From positions 1,408,001-1,472,000 of the forward strand of contig CAVTRN010000002.1 of the NCBI GenBank assembly GCA_963737155.1: a stretch of DNA of 64,000 nucleotides, given 5' to 3'. The notes under the pieces are model-generated. The model did no database searches. It was not told the origin of the DNA and worked only from the letters and a program-made list of their open reading frames with translations. Source of the DNA: Nitrospirota bacterium. Its GTDB lineage: Bacteria > Nitrospirota > UBA9217. The stretch's first letter is position 1. Each line of letters opens with the position of its first letter. The position numbers were made by a program, and so were the translations under genes. This document shows, piece after piece, positions 20,501 to 30,523 of the stretch.

Positions 20501-20735
20501 TTTTCTTTAAAACCCTTTCTTATTATGAAGTCAATGCGCGTGATTTTATTAACACAGACGTAGCGTAAAGTCAACGGCTTTCTTGGCCGAAACGTGGTTG
20601 TCCCGAAAGCCAGCCTTGAACGGGGGTCTCTGCGCGAGTACGGGTGAATTTATGAATAGAAACGTCTCCGACTTGGTACGCTTGGGTTGCAATGTGATGG
20701 AAAGTATGATACTATTTTTTCATTCAGGAGGCTTC

Positions 20736-21137
20736 ATGTTTGGTTTTTTTCTGCGCTGGGCCATTAATCTGCTGGCTATGGTGATCGCCGGATCAATAAT
20801 CTCAGGTATCAGGATTCAGAGCATTGGGATAGGAATTATCGCCGCCGGAATTTTCGGCGTCGTGAACGCCGTTATAAGGCCGGTGGTTCTCATTCTTACG
20901 CTCCCGATCAATCTTCTTACCCTTGGTTTGTTTACCCTGGTGATTAACGCTGCGATGCTTGAGCTTGTGTCTGATGTTGTACCGGGGTTCACGATCGAAT
21001 CGTTTCGGGCAGCTTTTCTCGGCGCTTTGCTGATCAGTCTTATCAGCTGGCTGGTGAATATATTTGTCAGCGGCGACGGAACTTTTGTTTTCATTAAGCG
21101 GGTGCATAAAGATGATGACCGCCGGACGAGACGATGA
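20736..21137 (+). CDS. Phage holin family (YvlD-like, 4 TMS) membrane protein
   Basis: VNAVIRPVV..LTLPINLLTLGLFTLVINA signature; AGGAGG RBS before ATG 20736. Confidence 0.88.
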   Translation: MFGFFLRWAINLLAMVIAGSIISGIRIQSIGIGIIAAGIFGVVNAVIRPVVLILTLPINLLTLGLFTLVINAAMLELVSDVVPGFTIESFRAAFLGALLISLISWLVNIFVSGDGTFVFIKRVHKDDDRRTRR

Positions 21138-22170
21138 AATGCATGGCATGAACGCTTGGAGTAATGAGGTATGACGCATATGTGTTTACCGGGTGGGTCC
21201 CGCCAGGATGAGCATAGAACTGAAACGGGATGATCCAGCTTCACGGGGCAGTAAGAGCATCCATGTTGGTTGTCATGAGTCTGGATATCCTTTCGATAGA
21301 CCATAATACCAGGTTGTCCGTTGTCGCCGGCATGCTCTCGGGGCCGGCGCTCGGTTTTATCGCTGTGGATGAAACGAATCTTTAACTTGCGATCATGGGG
21401 CATGGCGGGGTGATGGCGATAGGACTCAATACTTTGCTTTTCGGCGCGGAAGCACATCCTCGGATATTCCCTATTTTTGTATTTTCCGATAAGACTGTCG
21501 GTTTTCTGGAGTGCCAGTATCGCTACAGTGCTGATTCTGTTCATTACGGACCGGCGTTCTTCTCGGAATGTCTTTGATCAGATCCTTTCCACCATTGTCT
21601 GGAAAAGATATTTCATTTGCACCGCGGAACTACGGGTATGGGAAAGAAAAACGAACATAATGATCGAGCATAATTTGGCGAAACTCGGAGTTCGACCGTT
21701 TCGTGACACAACTTGTCTTTAACTTTTTGGTGGAGAAAAACGGCAAGCCGGCCCGTGTCGGCGTTCTGTTCGTGCGGATGGAACTACTGATTCCGGATGA
21801 ATCATACAAGGGTCTTGCTATCTGCTCCTGGACGAATTCATTATCCTCATTAATGCGTATAACCGGGACGGCATGGCCATTATTAAGTTAACCAACAACC
21901 TGAACCTCGTGCTGCATTCCACCTCTGTGTCTATGCTCTGTCCGGGGGCACAGGTTAATTGCTTCCCCTTGGAACATATTCATGCAAGCCGATGCATTGA
22001 AGCCGTCTAATATTGATCCATCGGTGCTCAAGGAATTATTTTAAACTGAGGAAGTGCGGCATTGCCGTGGATGTTCCTAATACAGGTAAAACAGGCCGTG
22101 AATCACTTGGCTCGGCTTGTATACAACTGAATTGCCGGTATGCCGAACTCGGCTCGGAAAAGGAGGCAAC

Positions 22171-23427
22171 ATGCCGCAGGGCGGTCTTGGACAACGACAG
22201 CGAGTTATTATTCCACTTTTTGCGCTCTTATTCGCCGCCATGATCTGCATAGGTGTCGCTGCAGGATATTTTATTTTCAAGGGTGAGCGGATGGGTGTCA
22301 TCCTCTCCTTCGTTCTTCTGTTATTGAGTCCGGCGGTCGCCTATCTGCTGTATAAAAAGACCATTTTCCCTTCTTATCGCAGCTTGGAGGACGCAAACCT
22401 TGAACTTCATTTAAAGCAGGAAGAACTCCTGGATGTCAAAGATGACCTGTTTATAAAGTTTCTGGGCATGTATGACGTCAACTTTGCAGCGAATTCTCCG
22501 AAATTATTCTCAGAGCGTTTGAAGGATGTAGCTGATATCACCGCGAGGGTCATGGAAGCCGATGCCTGCTTTGTTTTTCTCTATGACCGGACGAAAGACG
22601 ACCTTGTTTTTTCGGCCTCCAACGGTATTCAGGAAGGCGCAATAGGGAAGGTTCGCATCCCTCTTGGTGAAGGTGTAGAGGGATGGGTTGGAAGACGGCT
22701 CGAGCCGCTCACATTAAGGGATTATAGAGCCGATTCGCGGTTCCGGGAGATCGCCGGTCTTTCGCTTATCGGGTATGTATCAGTCTATTGTCTTCCTCTT
22801 TATGTATATTCAAACGGAGTTCTTGTGGGCGTCATGGAGGTGTTTTACGGGAAGGCGAAGACATATTCAGACGAAGAGATTAATTTCTTCACGTCGTTGT
22901 CCGGGATCCTTTCAACGACGATTCAAAACGAACAGATGCAGTCTGAACTGCGGAAGATGAATATTGAACTCGAACAGTGGGTCACCGAAAAAATCGAGGA
23001 ACTCCGCGCATCGGAGGAGCGTTACCGAGTCCTGGTGGAGAATGCCTGCCAGTCGATCTTCCTTCTTGCCACGAATGGAGATATCCTCTTCGCAAATGAT
23101 CAGGCAGAGAAACTGACCAAATATGCGAAGTATGATCTCCTGCACAAAAACTTCTTTGAGCTTTTTGTTGTCGGCCCTAAAAATCCGAGGGAAATCCTGT
23201 CAGATGTTACCAAGGGGCAGCAGACAGTGATGCAGGGAGAACTCAGCCGCGCCGATGGCAGTGTCGTTCCCGTAGAGGTGAGCGGCGTGGAGCTCTCTCT
23301 CATGGGGAAGCGATTTGTTCAGGCTGTTGTTCAAGATGTCTCCACTCAGGTGCGTCTTGAACAGCTTCTCCTCAGAAAAGAACAGGAATTGGCCGAACTG
23401 AAGGCACGGCTAAACACCGGCGGGTAA
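22171..23427 (+). CDS. Membrane GAF-PAS sensory protein without output domain
   Basis: 2 TM helices, GAF (IPLGEGVEGWVG), coiled coil, PAS (SEERYRVLVENA...DGSVVPVEVS), short C-terminal coil; AAGGAGG RBS. Confidence 0.8.
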   Translation: MPQGGLGQRQRVIIPLFALLFAAMICIGVAAGYFIFKGERMGVILSFVLLLLSPAVAYLLYKKTIFPSYRSLEDANLELHLKQEELLDVKDDLFIKFLGMYDVNFAANSPKLFSERLKDVADITARVMEADACFVFLYDRTKDDLVFSASNGIQEGAIGKVRIPLGEGVEGWVGRRLEPLTLRDYRADSRFREIAGLSLIGYVSVYCLPLYVYSNGVLVGVMEVFYGKAKTYSDEEINFFTSLSGILSTTIQNEQMQSELRKMNIELEQWVTEKIEELRASEERYRVLVENACQSIFLLATNGDILFANDQAEKLTKYAKYDLLHKNFFELFVVGPKNPREILSDVTKGQQTVMQGELSRADGSVVPVEVSGVELSLMGKRFVQAVVQDVSTQVRLEQLLLRKEQELAELKARLNTGG

Positions 23428-23463
23428 TACCTCTAACCTTCCTTTCTCCGCGTGTTTTTTATC

Positions 23464-23492
23464 TTTACAGAAATTGGAACATATGGTATAAA
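23464..23492 (+). promoter_or_regulatory. Probable promoter of the lptCAB-rpoN operon
   Basis: TTTACA-17 nt-TATAAA with TG extended -10. Confidence 0.5.
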
Positions 23493-23529
23493 TTATGCAT
23501 GTGGCGGTCTGCGGTTGCCATATGCTTGT

Positions 23530-24111
23530 ATGACTATGAAAGTGAACAGAACACTAATCCAACTTTTTCTGATGTTTCTGATTGTCGGTGCCAGTGTTTA
23601 TGGCGGTTATCTGCTTATACGGGAAACAAGTGAAAGTAATATACCGTCCGTGTTGCAACCATCGGTCTCCGGTGTGCTGCGTCCGCTGATGAGCATGGAG
23701 GGATTCAGATTTGCTCAATCGGAAAACGGGGTTATTTCCTGGCGGATGAATGCAAGGAATGCCGTGCTTTTTGATAACAAGGAAGCTAAACTTAATGATG
23801 TGGAAATTGACTTCAAGAATCCCGACGGCAAAGAAGCGACTCTTTTCGGCGACACCGGGAATATGGACACAACGAGCGGAAATGCATCCGTCCATCGTAT
23901 ATCGCAGGACGTCAGGATTGCTACGGCTGATGGTTATCTTCTGACCACCAGTTCGCTTTTCTGGAAAGCCGGGGAACGGCTCGTCTCGACCCCCGACCCG
24001 TTTAAATTGCTGGGAAGCAAGATATACCTCGAGGGTGTGGGCATAACGGCGAATGTCGATTTGCATACCTTTGTGGTGGAAGACAATGTCAAAACCATAC
24101 TGCAGAAATAG
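23530..24111 (+). CDS. lptC: LPS export periplasmic protein LptC
   Basis: Single TM plus beta-jellyroll-like sequence; first gene before lptA-lptB-rpoN. Confidence 0.8.
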   Translation: MTMKVNRTLIQLFLMFLIVGASVYGGYLLIRETSESNIPSVLQPSVSGVLRPLMSMEGFRFAQSENGVISWRMNARNAVLFDNKEAKLNDVEIDFKNPDGKEATLFGDTGNMDTTSGNASVHRISQDVRIATADGYLLTTSSLFWKAGERLVSTPDPFKLLGSKIYLEGVGITANVDLHTFVVEDNVKTILQK

Positions 24112-24610
24112 TCTGTTTATACTGGTTGCAGTCGTACTTATGGCCGCAGCGTCTCCGTCCCAAGGTACAAAGCCGGAGAAAGCAGCGGAGGAACCTATAG
24201 TAATAACCTCGAACCGCATGGAAGCAGAGCAACTCGGGGATAAGGTGACGTTCACTGGGAATGTGCTGCTCAAAAAAGAAAAGATGACGCTGCAGTCCGA
24301 TTCTATGATCGTGTACTATGATACAAGTTCAAAGAATATTAAGGAGATAGATGCCTTCGGCAATGTCATCGTGCGGAAGGATGGTAGGATTGCGCTCGCG
24401 AAGGAAGCCTTCTATTACACAGGTGAAGAGAAAATCGTCCTAACCGGCGATGCGCGGATTATCGAGAACGATAATGAACTCGGCGGTAAAAAAATTACCT
24501 TGTTCTTGAAAGACGACCACAGCATCGTTGAGGGCGGTACGGTGTTGTTCTATCAGGACAAAACGGATAACAAAATGGAAAGACTGGAACAGGGGAATAA
24601 GCAGAAGTAA
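24086..24610 (+). CDS. lptA: LPS transport periplasmic protein LptA (OstA family)
   Basis: Signal peptide, [29 protein letters not shown]. Confidence 0.88.
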   Translation: MSKPYCRNSLFILVAVVLMAAASPSQGTKPEKAAEEPIVITSNRMEAEQLGDKVTFTGNVLLKKEKMTLQSDSMIVYYDTSSKNIKEIDAFGNVIVRKDGRIALAKEAFYYTGEEKIVLTGDARIIENDNELGGKKITLFLKDDHSIVEGGTVLFYQDKTDNKMERLEQGNKQK

Positions 24611-24623
24611 AAAAAAGGATCGC

Positions 24624-25346
24624 ATGCAGGCGCTTGAAGCGAAACGGCTAGAAAAGAGCTACCGCGGTAAAAAAATTGTACGTGGAGTAAGTCTACAGGT
24701 AAGGCAGGGGGAGGTCGTTGGACTTCTCGGACCGAACGGAGCAGGCAAGACTACGACATTTTATATGGTTGTCGGACTTGTGAGACCGGACCAAGGCAGG
24801 GTTCTTCTCGAAGGTACGGACATCACGAAAATGCCGATGTATCTGCGCGCGAAAAACGGCATAGGTTACCTGCCGCAGGAGCCCTCCGTTTTTAGAAAAC
24901 TGACTGTGGCCCAGAACCTTATGGCCGTTCTTGAGACCATGAGCCTCTCATCGGCCGAGAGAAAAGAGCGCAGGGACGGGTTGCTCGAGGAACTGGGGAT
25001 AGCTCATCTGGCTGACAGCATGGCGTATACGCTGTCGGGAGGGGAACGTAGACGGGTTGAAATAGCACGGGCGCTTACGCTGTCTCCGAAATTCATTCTT
25101 CTCGATGAGCCGTTTGCGGGCATCGATCCGCTCGCCGTGCAAGACATACAGGGTATCATCTCCTTTCTCAAGGGAAAAGGGATTGGTATTTTAATCACCG
25201 ACCACAATGTTCGCGAGACCCTCGCTATTACCGACCGTGCGTATATCATCAACGAAGGGAAGATCATTGAAGCAGGGACTTCGGCAGAAATCACGGCGAG
25301 CCCACGAGTACGGGAATTTTATTTGGGTGAAACTTTTCAATTATAA
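24624..25346 (+). CDS. lptB: LPS export ABC ATPase
   Basis: [46 protein letters not shown]. Confidence 0.96.
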   Translation: MQALEAKRLEKSYRGKKIVRGVSLQVRQGEVVGLLGPNGAGKTTTFYMVVGLVRPDQGRVLLEGTDITKMPMYLRAKNGIGYLPQEPSVFRKLTVAQNLMAVLETMSLSSAERKERRDGLLEELGIAHLADSMAYTLSGGERRRVEIARALTLSPKFILLDEPFAGIDPLAVQDIQGIISFLKGKGIGILITDHNVRETLAITDRAYIINEGKIIEAGTSAEITASPRVREFYLGETFQL

Positions 25347-25364
25347 TAAAGAAGAGAGAGGCGC

Positions 25365-25447
25365 AGTCAGGAACCAGGAGCCGGAAGCGGTGAGTTTGCT
25401 AAAAGGCGTTATGCCTTTCTTCCGATTTCTGACAACTGGCCCCCTAA
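25365..25447. repeat. Intergenic inverted heptamer repeat
   Basis: agtcagg-aaccagg-agccgga facing ttccgat-ttctgac-aactggc-cccctaa. Confidence 0.45.
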
Positions 25448-25460
25448 ATTCGGTTTAATT

Positions 25461-26930
25461 ATGGAAGCCCGGCTTGAACTAAAACTTTCTCAGAAACTTA
25501 TCATGACGCCTCAACTGCAGCAGGCGATTAAGTTGCTCCAACTGTCGCGGCTTGAGCTGGTGCAGTCTGTCTCCCAAGAGCTTATAGAAAACCCCGTTCT
25601 TGAGGAAGTTACTCCGGAAACTGCTGAAGATTCGTCGGAAGGTGATGAAGTCTCGGCCCCTGAAACGTCGCAGACTATGGAATCCGTTGCGGAGGCTCCG
25701 CCTGAGCAGGAACGGGCGGAAGAACTAAAGAGCGATCTTGCACTTGGCCCCGAATGGGATGAGTATCTGAACGAACTTGGGGATGGCCGGGATTACGGGA
25801 ATGCCGAAGCTGATGATAAGGAACTTCCGTCCTACGATCAAACGCTGACCAGGCTCCCGTCGCTGAGCGACCATCTGATGTGGCAGCTTCACCTATCGAC
25901 ATCGGACGCTGGCATCGTGAAGGCGGGAGAGTGGATAATCGGGAACATGGATGATGACGGGTATCTCCGCGCTACACTCGAGGAACTCTCGCAGCAATCA
26001 GACATGCCCATCGCTATCATGGAACGGGCGCATGACCTTATCCGAGGTTTCGACCCCTCCGGTGTAGGGGCGCGCGATCTCCGGGAGTGTTTGTTGATTC
26101 AAGCAAAGCAGCTGGATCTGCAGGGGACGCTCGTTGAAAAGATCATTGAAGCGCATCTTCCCGATCTGGAAAAGAGAAAATACGCGAACATCGCAAAAAC
26201 CCTGAACGTTACTCCACAGGAAGTAATGGAGGCATCACACGTAATCATCCATGAGCTAGAGCCGAAACCGGGCCGGCCCTTCCTTGCAGCCGATACGAAT
26301 TACGTAGTGCCCGATGTTTATGTAATAAAGATAGAAGACCGATATGTAGTGCAGCTCAATGAGGAAGGACTCCCGAGGGTGCGGATCAATTCATACTACC
26401 GGAAACTGCTGCACTCCAGGGAAACGGTCGACAAGGTAACCAAGGAATACGTGGAGGAACGCCTCCGCTCGGCGCAATGGCTTATCAAGGGAATGGAGCA
26501 GAGGAACAAAACGATTTACCGGGTTGCCGAAAGCATTGTGAAATTTCAGCGGGACTTTCTGGACAATGGTATTTCTCATCTGAAGCCGATGGTTCTCAAG
26601 GACGTGGCGGCGGACATCAGCATGCACGAGTCGACGATAAGCCGCGTCACCACAAACAAGTACATGCACACCCCCCAGGGTATTTCCCCGATGAAATACT
26701 TTTTCACGACAGGATTCATGGCCGGGACGGGCACCGAGGTTTCTTCGCTAACCGTCAAAGACGCTATTCAGAAAATGATCCAGGAAGAAGACCCGTCCTC
26801 ACCCTTGAAAGACCAGCAGATTGTCGATGCATTAAAAACCCGGGATGTAGATATTGCGCGCCGAACCGTAGCCAAGTACCGTGAGGAGCTGAGGATTCCA
26901 CCGACCAGTGTGAGAAAAAGGACCGGATGA
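25461..26930 (+). CDS. rpoN: RNA polymerase sigma-54 factor
   Basis: MTPQLQQAIKLLQL, HESTISR, RpoN box ARRTVAKYR. Confidence 0.98.
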   Translation: MEARLELKLSQKLIMTPQLQQAIKLLQLSRLELVQSVSQELIENPVLEEVTPETAEDSSEGDEVSAPETSQTMESVAEAPPEQERAEELKSDLALGPEWDEYLNELGDGRDYGNAEADDKELPSYDQTLTRLPSLSDHLMWQLHLSTSDAGIVKAGEWIIGNMDDDGYLRATLEELSQQSDMPIAIMERAHDLIRGFDPSGVGARDLRECLLIQAKQLDLQGTLVEKIIEAHLPDLEKRKYANIAKTLNVTPQEVMEASHVIIHELEPKPGRPFLAADTNYVVPDVYVIKIEDRYVVQLNEEGLPRVRINSYYRKLLHSRETVDKVTKEYVEERLRSAQWLIKGMEQRNKTIYRVAESIVKFQRDFLDNGISHLKPMVLKDVAADISMHESTISRVTTNKYMHTPQGISPMKYFFTTGFMAGTGTEVSSLTVKDAIQKMIQEEDPSSPLKDQQIVDALKTRDVDIARRTVAKYREELRIPPTSVRKRTG

Positions 26931-27152
26931 GGTTGGTGCGCATCTGCAACAAGGATGCCGACCTCAGGGAATCCTGGACAGGAGGGCTGGGACCGTATTC
27001 TATATCCGCACAATCATGAAGGTTGCAAATCGCTATAGCCTGAAGGAGGAACAGAGGATCTTTATATGCGCTTTGCTTCAGGCAGAACTTTACCCCGTTT
27101 AAAAAGGAATCATTTTTGCAAATATTTATGATCTGAGAGCAAGGAGGCTCCC

Positions 27153-27683
27153 ATGCAGGTAAGTGTTATCGGAAGGCACATTGAGGTCACAGAAGCGCTC
27201 AAGCTGTATGCTACGGAAAAATTCAACCGCTTGGGAAAATATCTTCCGAAGGCGCTGGATGTGGTAATTACCCTTTCAGTCGTAAAAAAAGTTCACCACA
27301 TCGCGGAGGCGGTTATTAAATCGAATGGTGTGCTGATCCAGGCGTCTGAAGAAACCGAGGAGATGTATTCAGCTATCGATCTGTTAATCGAGAAGATCGA
27401 AAGGCGCGTCAGACGGTACAAGGAAAAGCTGGTTGACCATAAACATCATGGTGGCAGAACCGAGGTTTCGGAGGGTTTGTCGTCCCATGCAGACGATCGC
27501 ATACCCCAAATCATCAAAACCAAACGCTTTGACCTCAAACCCATGCTGCCGGAGGAAGCGGTGATGCAGATGGAACTTTTGGACAAGGATTTTTTTATTT
27601 TTGCCAATGCTGGTAGCGGCCAGGTAAATGTTATTTATAAGAGAAGAGACGGCAACGTAGGACTCATTGAGCCCGCTAGATAG
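27153..27683 (+). CDS. hpf: Ribosome hibernation factor, long HPF/RaiA
   Basis: EMYSAID, C-terminal KPM..EEAVMQM..FFIF..NVIYKR.DG..GLIE domain. Confidence 0.93.
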   Translation: MQVSVIGRHIEVTEALKLYATEKFNRLGKYLPKALDVVITLSVVKKVHHIAEAVIKSNGVLIQASEETEEMYSAIDLLIEKIERRVRRYKEKLVDHKHHGGRTEVSEGLSSHADDRIPQIIKTKRFDLKPMLPEEAVMQMELLDKDFFIFANAGSGQVNVIYKRRDGNVGLIEPAR

Positions 27684-27701
27684 CAGGACGGACGCATCGA
27701 G

Positions 27702-28187
27702 ATGGCCACAATTAAGGATCTTTTGCAAGACGACCTGATCATTGAAGACATTGCAGCGACTGATAAAAATGGGGTGCTTCGAGAGTTCGCACGGCTGCTG
27801 AGGGTAAAAGGAAAAATTGAGGATGAAGAGGTTCTTGTCCGTGTACTAACGGAACGGGAGGCTTTTGGCAGCACGGGCATCGGTGACGGCGTGGCCATCC
27901 CACATGGTAAACTGGGCAATGTTCCGGGCATAATTGTTGCCTTCGGCAGGTCAAAGCGGGGGGTGGAGTATCAGTCGCTAGATGCAAAACCCGTTTTTCT
28001 CTTTTTCCTTCTCGTAACACCTGATGACAAACCCGGGGACCATTTAATGACCCTTGCGCGGATAACCAGAATTCTCAAAAACACCGCGCTGCGGACCAGC
28101 CTGAGGCGGGCTTCCGGGCGGCGAGAGATGCGGATACTCTTATTTGAAGAAGACAGTAAATATTTTCAACCCGTAACGCAAAGATGA
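27702..28187 (+). CDS. ptsN: PTS EIIA-Ntr-like protein
   Basis: ERE..GSTGIGDGVAIPH, FGRS..GV; rpoN operon. Confidence 0.9.
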   Translation: MATIKDLLQDDLIIEDIAATDKNGVLREFARLLRVKGKIEDEEVLVRVLTEREAFGSTGIGDGVAIPHGKLGNVPGIIVAFGRSKRGVEYQSLDAKPVFLFFLLVTPDDKPGDHLMTLARITRILKNTALRTSLRRASGRREMRILLFEEDSKYFQPVTQR

Positions 28188-29068
28188 TTGTTACCGTTGG
28201 AAATCTAGCCGGGGTCGCTAAGGTTATTGTGGGACACTCAGGTCTTGGGCGACGCATCCTCTCGCCACAGGTAATTTCGCTTGATTTGGGCTCACTAACG
28301 GCGGATCGCGCGAAAATATCGTGTGTACTGCATATCCGACCTAGTCAGTCAAACTATCTTTGCTCACTCCCTCTCAAAGACCGCACCGGCGTCGTCCGCG
28401 CCCTTATAAAACTGAGGCCTGCTTGCCTGCTGCTGACAGGTGGGAAGATCTGTCAGGAACTGCTCGCCAGGGCGGAAGCGGCCCGTATCCCTGTTCTGAA
28501 GACCACAAAACTGACGCAATTGACGCGGCTGCTTGCAGATCAGCTGGAAGCGCACATCAGCATGCACGGCGTCTTGGTTCAGATCTTCAGTCTTGGCACG
28601 TTGATCATCGGCGAAAGCGCCATCGGCAAAAGCGAAGCCGCTCTCGATCTCGTATTGCGTGGTCATAAACTGATAGCTGACGATGTGGTCATCATCGAGA
28701 AGACCGATGATGAAATCAGCGGGAAACCGACCGAGATGGGGGCGGACCTACTGCAGATCCGAGGGCTGGGAATCATCGATGTCCGGGCTCTTTATGGAGA
28801 GTCCGCTACCCTGAGTTCTTCGCGGATCGGGCTGGTGGTAGAGCTGGAAGAGTGGGGAAAAGGTCATCAGTACAGCCTGGTAGGCCTGCGTGAGCGTCGG
28901 TATCGCTTGCTCGGTGTCAATCTGCCCTACCTTAAGCTTCCGGTCAAACCTGGGCGGAACATGGCCACACTCATCGAAGTGGCCGCTAGGAATCAGATGC
29001 TGAAGAACCGCGGGATATTTACCGCAAAGGATTTGAATAAGCGGCTTCTCAAGAGGCTTTCAGGATGA
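28184..29068 (+). CDS. hprK: HPr kinase/phosphorylase
   Basis: HGVLV, GESAIGKSE, LIADD, IRGLGII, PVKPGRN. Confidence 0.92.
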   Translation: MIVTVGNLAGVAKVIVGHSGLGRRILSPQVISLDLGSLTADRAKISCVLHIRPSQSNYLCSLPLKDRTGVVRALIKLRPACLLLTGGKICQELLARAEAARIPVLKTTKLTQLTRLLADQLEAHISMHGVLVQIFSLGTLIIGESAIGKSEAALDLVLRGHKLIADDVVIIEKTDDEISGKPTEMGADLLQIRGLGIIDVRALYGESATLSSSRIGLVVELEEWGKGHQYSLVGLRERRYRLLGVNLPYLKLPVKPGRNMATLIEVAARNQMLKNRGIFTAKDLNKRLLKRLSG

Positions 29069-29934
29069 AAAAACCGCACATGATTGTCGTGACCGGACTC
29101 TCAGGTTCAGGTAGGAGTGCCGCACTTAAAGCCTTCGAGGATATTGGCTTTTATTGCGTCGATAATCTTCCTCTTATGCTGCTTCCCGCGTTTGTGGATT
29201 TTGCCTTTCAATCGGAACAGGCGTCCCGGTCCGCAATCGGTATCGATGTCAGGGAAAGGGGATTTCTTGAACGGTTTCCCGCTCTCTATGGGCAATTAAA
29301 GTCCCGCAGTCAGGGCATCGCCATCGAACTTCTATTCTTAGACGCATCGGACCAGACAATTGTTCGGAGGTTCAGCGAAACCCGGCGGCCCCATCCGCTT
29401 GCTCGCGGAGCAACTCCTCTTCTTGACGGCATCAGAGAAGAACGGGCGGAACTCGGTGCTGTCCGGAAACTTGCCGACCGGATCATTGAAACATCAGACT
29501 ACACAGTGCATGATCTGAGACAGACGATAGAACGCCAATACTCCGCTGACGACGCCGGTAGGCCTATGGTGATTACTCTTGTTACGTTCGGCTATAAATA
29601 TGGCGTTCCCTATGATCTTGATCTACTCTTCGATTTGCGTTTTTTGCCGAACCCGCATTTCGTCCCTCACCTGCGGCCTTTAACGGGAGAGGATGCAAGC
29701 GTTAGGGAGTATATTATGGAGCGTTCTGATTCCCTCGAATTTCTCGTGCGATTGCAGGAATTTCTCGAATATCTTCTCCCTCGCTATAGAAGCGAAGGCA
29801 AGAGCTATCTAACAATCGGGTTCGGTTGCACCGGCGGGCGACACCGATCTGTGGGATTCGCGTTGCTGGTTGCTGACCGTCTTAGACATAGCGGGTACGA
29901 AGTAAACATCAAACATCGGGACATAGGGATCTAA
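29065..29934 (+). CDS. rapZ: RNase adapter RapZ/YvcJ family
   Basis: TGLSGSG, CVDNLP, ETRRPHPL, FGYKYG, RFLPNP, GCTGGRHRSV. Confidence 0.94.
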   Translation: MKKPHMIVVTGLSGSGRSAALKAFEDIGFYCVDNLPLMLLPAFVDFAFQSEQASRSAIGIDVRERGFLERFPALYGQLKSRSQGIAIELLFLDASDQTIVRRFSETRRPHPLARGATPLLDGIREERAELGAVRKLADRIIETSDYTVHDLRQTIERQYSADDAGRPMVITLVTFGYKYGVPYDLDLLFDLRFLPNPHFVPHLRPLTGEDASVREYIMERSDSLEFLVRLQEFLEYLLPRYRSEGKSYLTIGFGCTGGRHRSVGFALLVADRLRHSGYEVNIKHRDIGI

Positions 29935-29935
29935 A

Positions 29936-30088
29936 GAGCCTTGAGAGTCTTGTGAGTTTGGTGGATTTACGGAGTTCATAACGTCTGAAGAAAAGCATCT
30001 GCGTTCGTGTCACCTAATAGACACTAAAGATCCTGTTGACCCCTTGTACTGCATAGACTCCATATACACAATGAACTCGAAGAACTCT
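29936..30088. repeat. Intergenic inverted nonamer repeat (GAGTC type)
   Basis: gagccttga-gagtcttgt-gagtttggt-ggatttacg-gagttcata facing atagactcc-atatacaca-atgaactcg-aagaactct. Confidence 0.6.
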
Positions 30089-30113
30089 TCAGAATTTAAA
30101 AGGAGATGCGGAA

Positions 30114-30515
30114 ATGATTGGACTGGTGGTAGTATGTCATGAGGATATGGGCTCTGAACTGGTCAAAGCCGCAGAAATGATTGTCGGAAAGATAGATGCC
30201 GTGGCGTCAATCAGTGTAAAAGAGGACAGTGCTCCGGAAGCGCTCAGGGATCAGATCCAAGCCGCCATTAAGAAGGTAGACCGGAAAAATGGCATCATGC
30301 TGCTCACTGATATGTTCGGTGGCACGCCGTCCAACATCGCTCTTGCCTTCCTTGGAGAGACCATAGAAGTTGTAACCGGCGTCAACTTGTCCATGCTGAT
30401 AAAGTTTGCGAACCACCGTGACGAAAAACCTCTTCCGGAACTCGCTAAACTTATTCAGGAGGCTGCACAGAAGAGTATCGTGATTGCGAGTCAGATGCTG
30501 AAAGGGAAAAAATAA
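30114..30515 (+). CDS. PTS mannose/fructose-family EIIA
   Basis: VVVCH phospho-His, TDMFGGTPSN, GVNLSML. Confidence 0.92.
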   Translation: MIGLVVVCHEDMGSELVKAAEMIVGKIDAVASISVKEDSAPEALRDQIQAAIKKVDRKNGIMLLTDMFGGTPSNIALAFLGETIEVVTGVNLSMLIKFANHRDEKPLPELAKLIQEAAQKSIVIASQMLKGKK

Positions 30516-30523
30516 AACCGGAA

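Noticed and set aside
20736-21137. Holin annotation as evidence of a prophage
   Set aside because: YvlD-type membrane proteins are common chromosomal genes and no phage genes are nearby
20816-21544. 242-aa minus-strand ORF
   Set aside because: Overlaps the holin-like gene antisense; no recognisable domain
26931-27152. raiA-motif RNA upstream of hpf
   Set aside because: The conserved raiA-motif sequence blocks are not evident; kept only as a generic structured-leader candidate
29936-30088. CRISPR-like array
   Set aside because: Units are 9-nt degenerate repeats without spacers, and no cas genes are present
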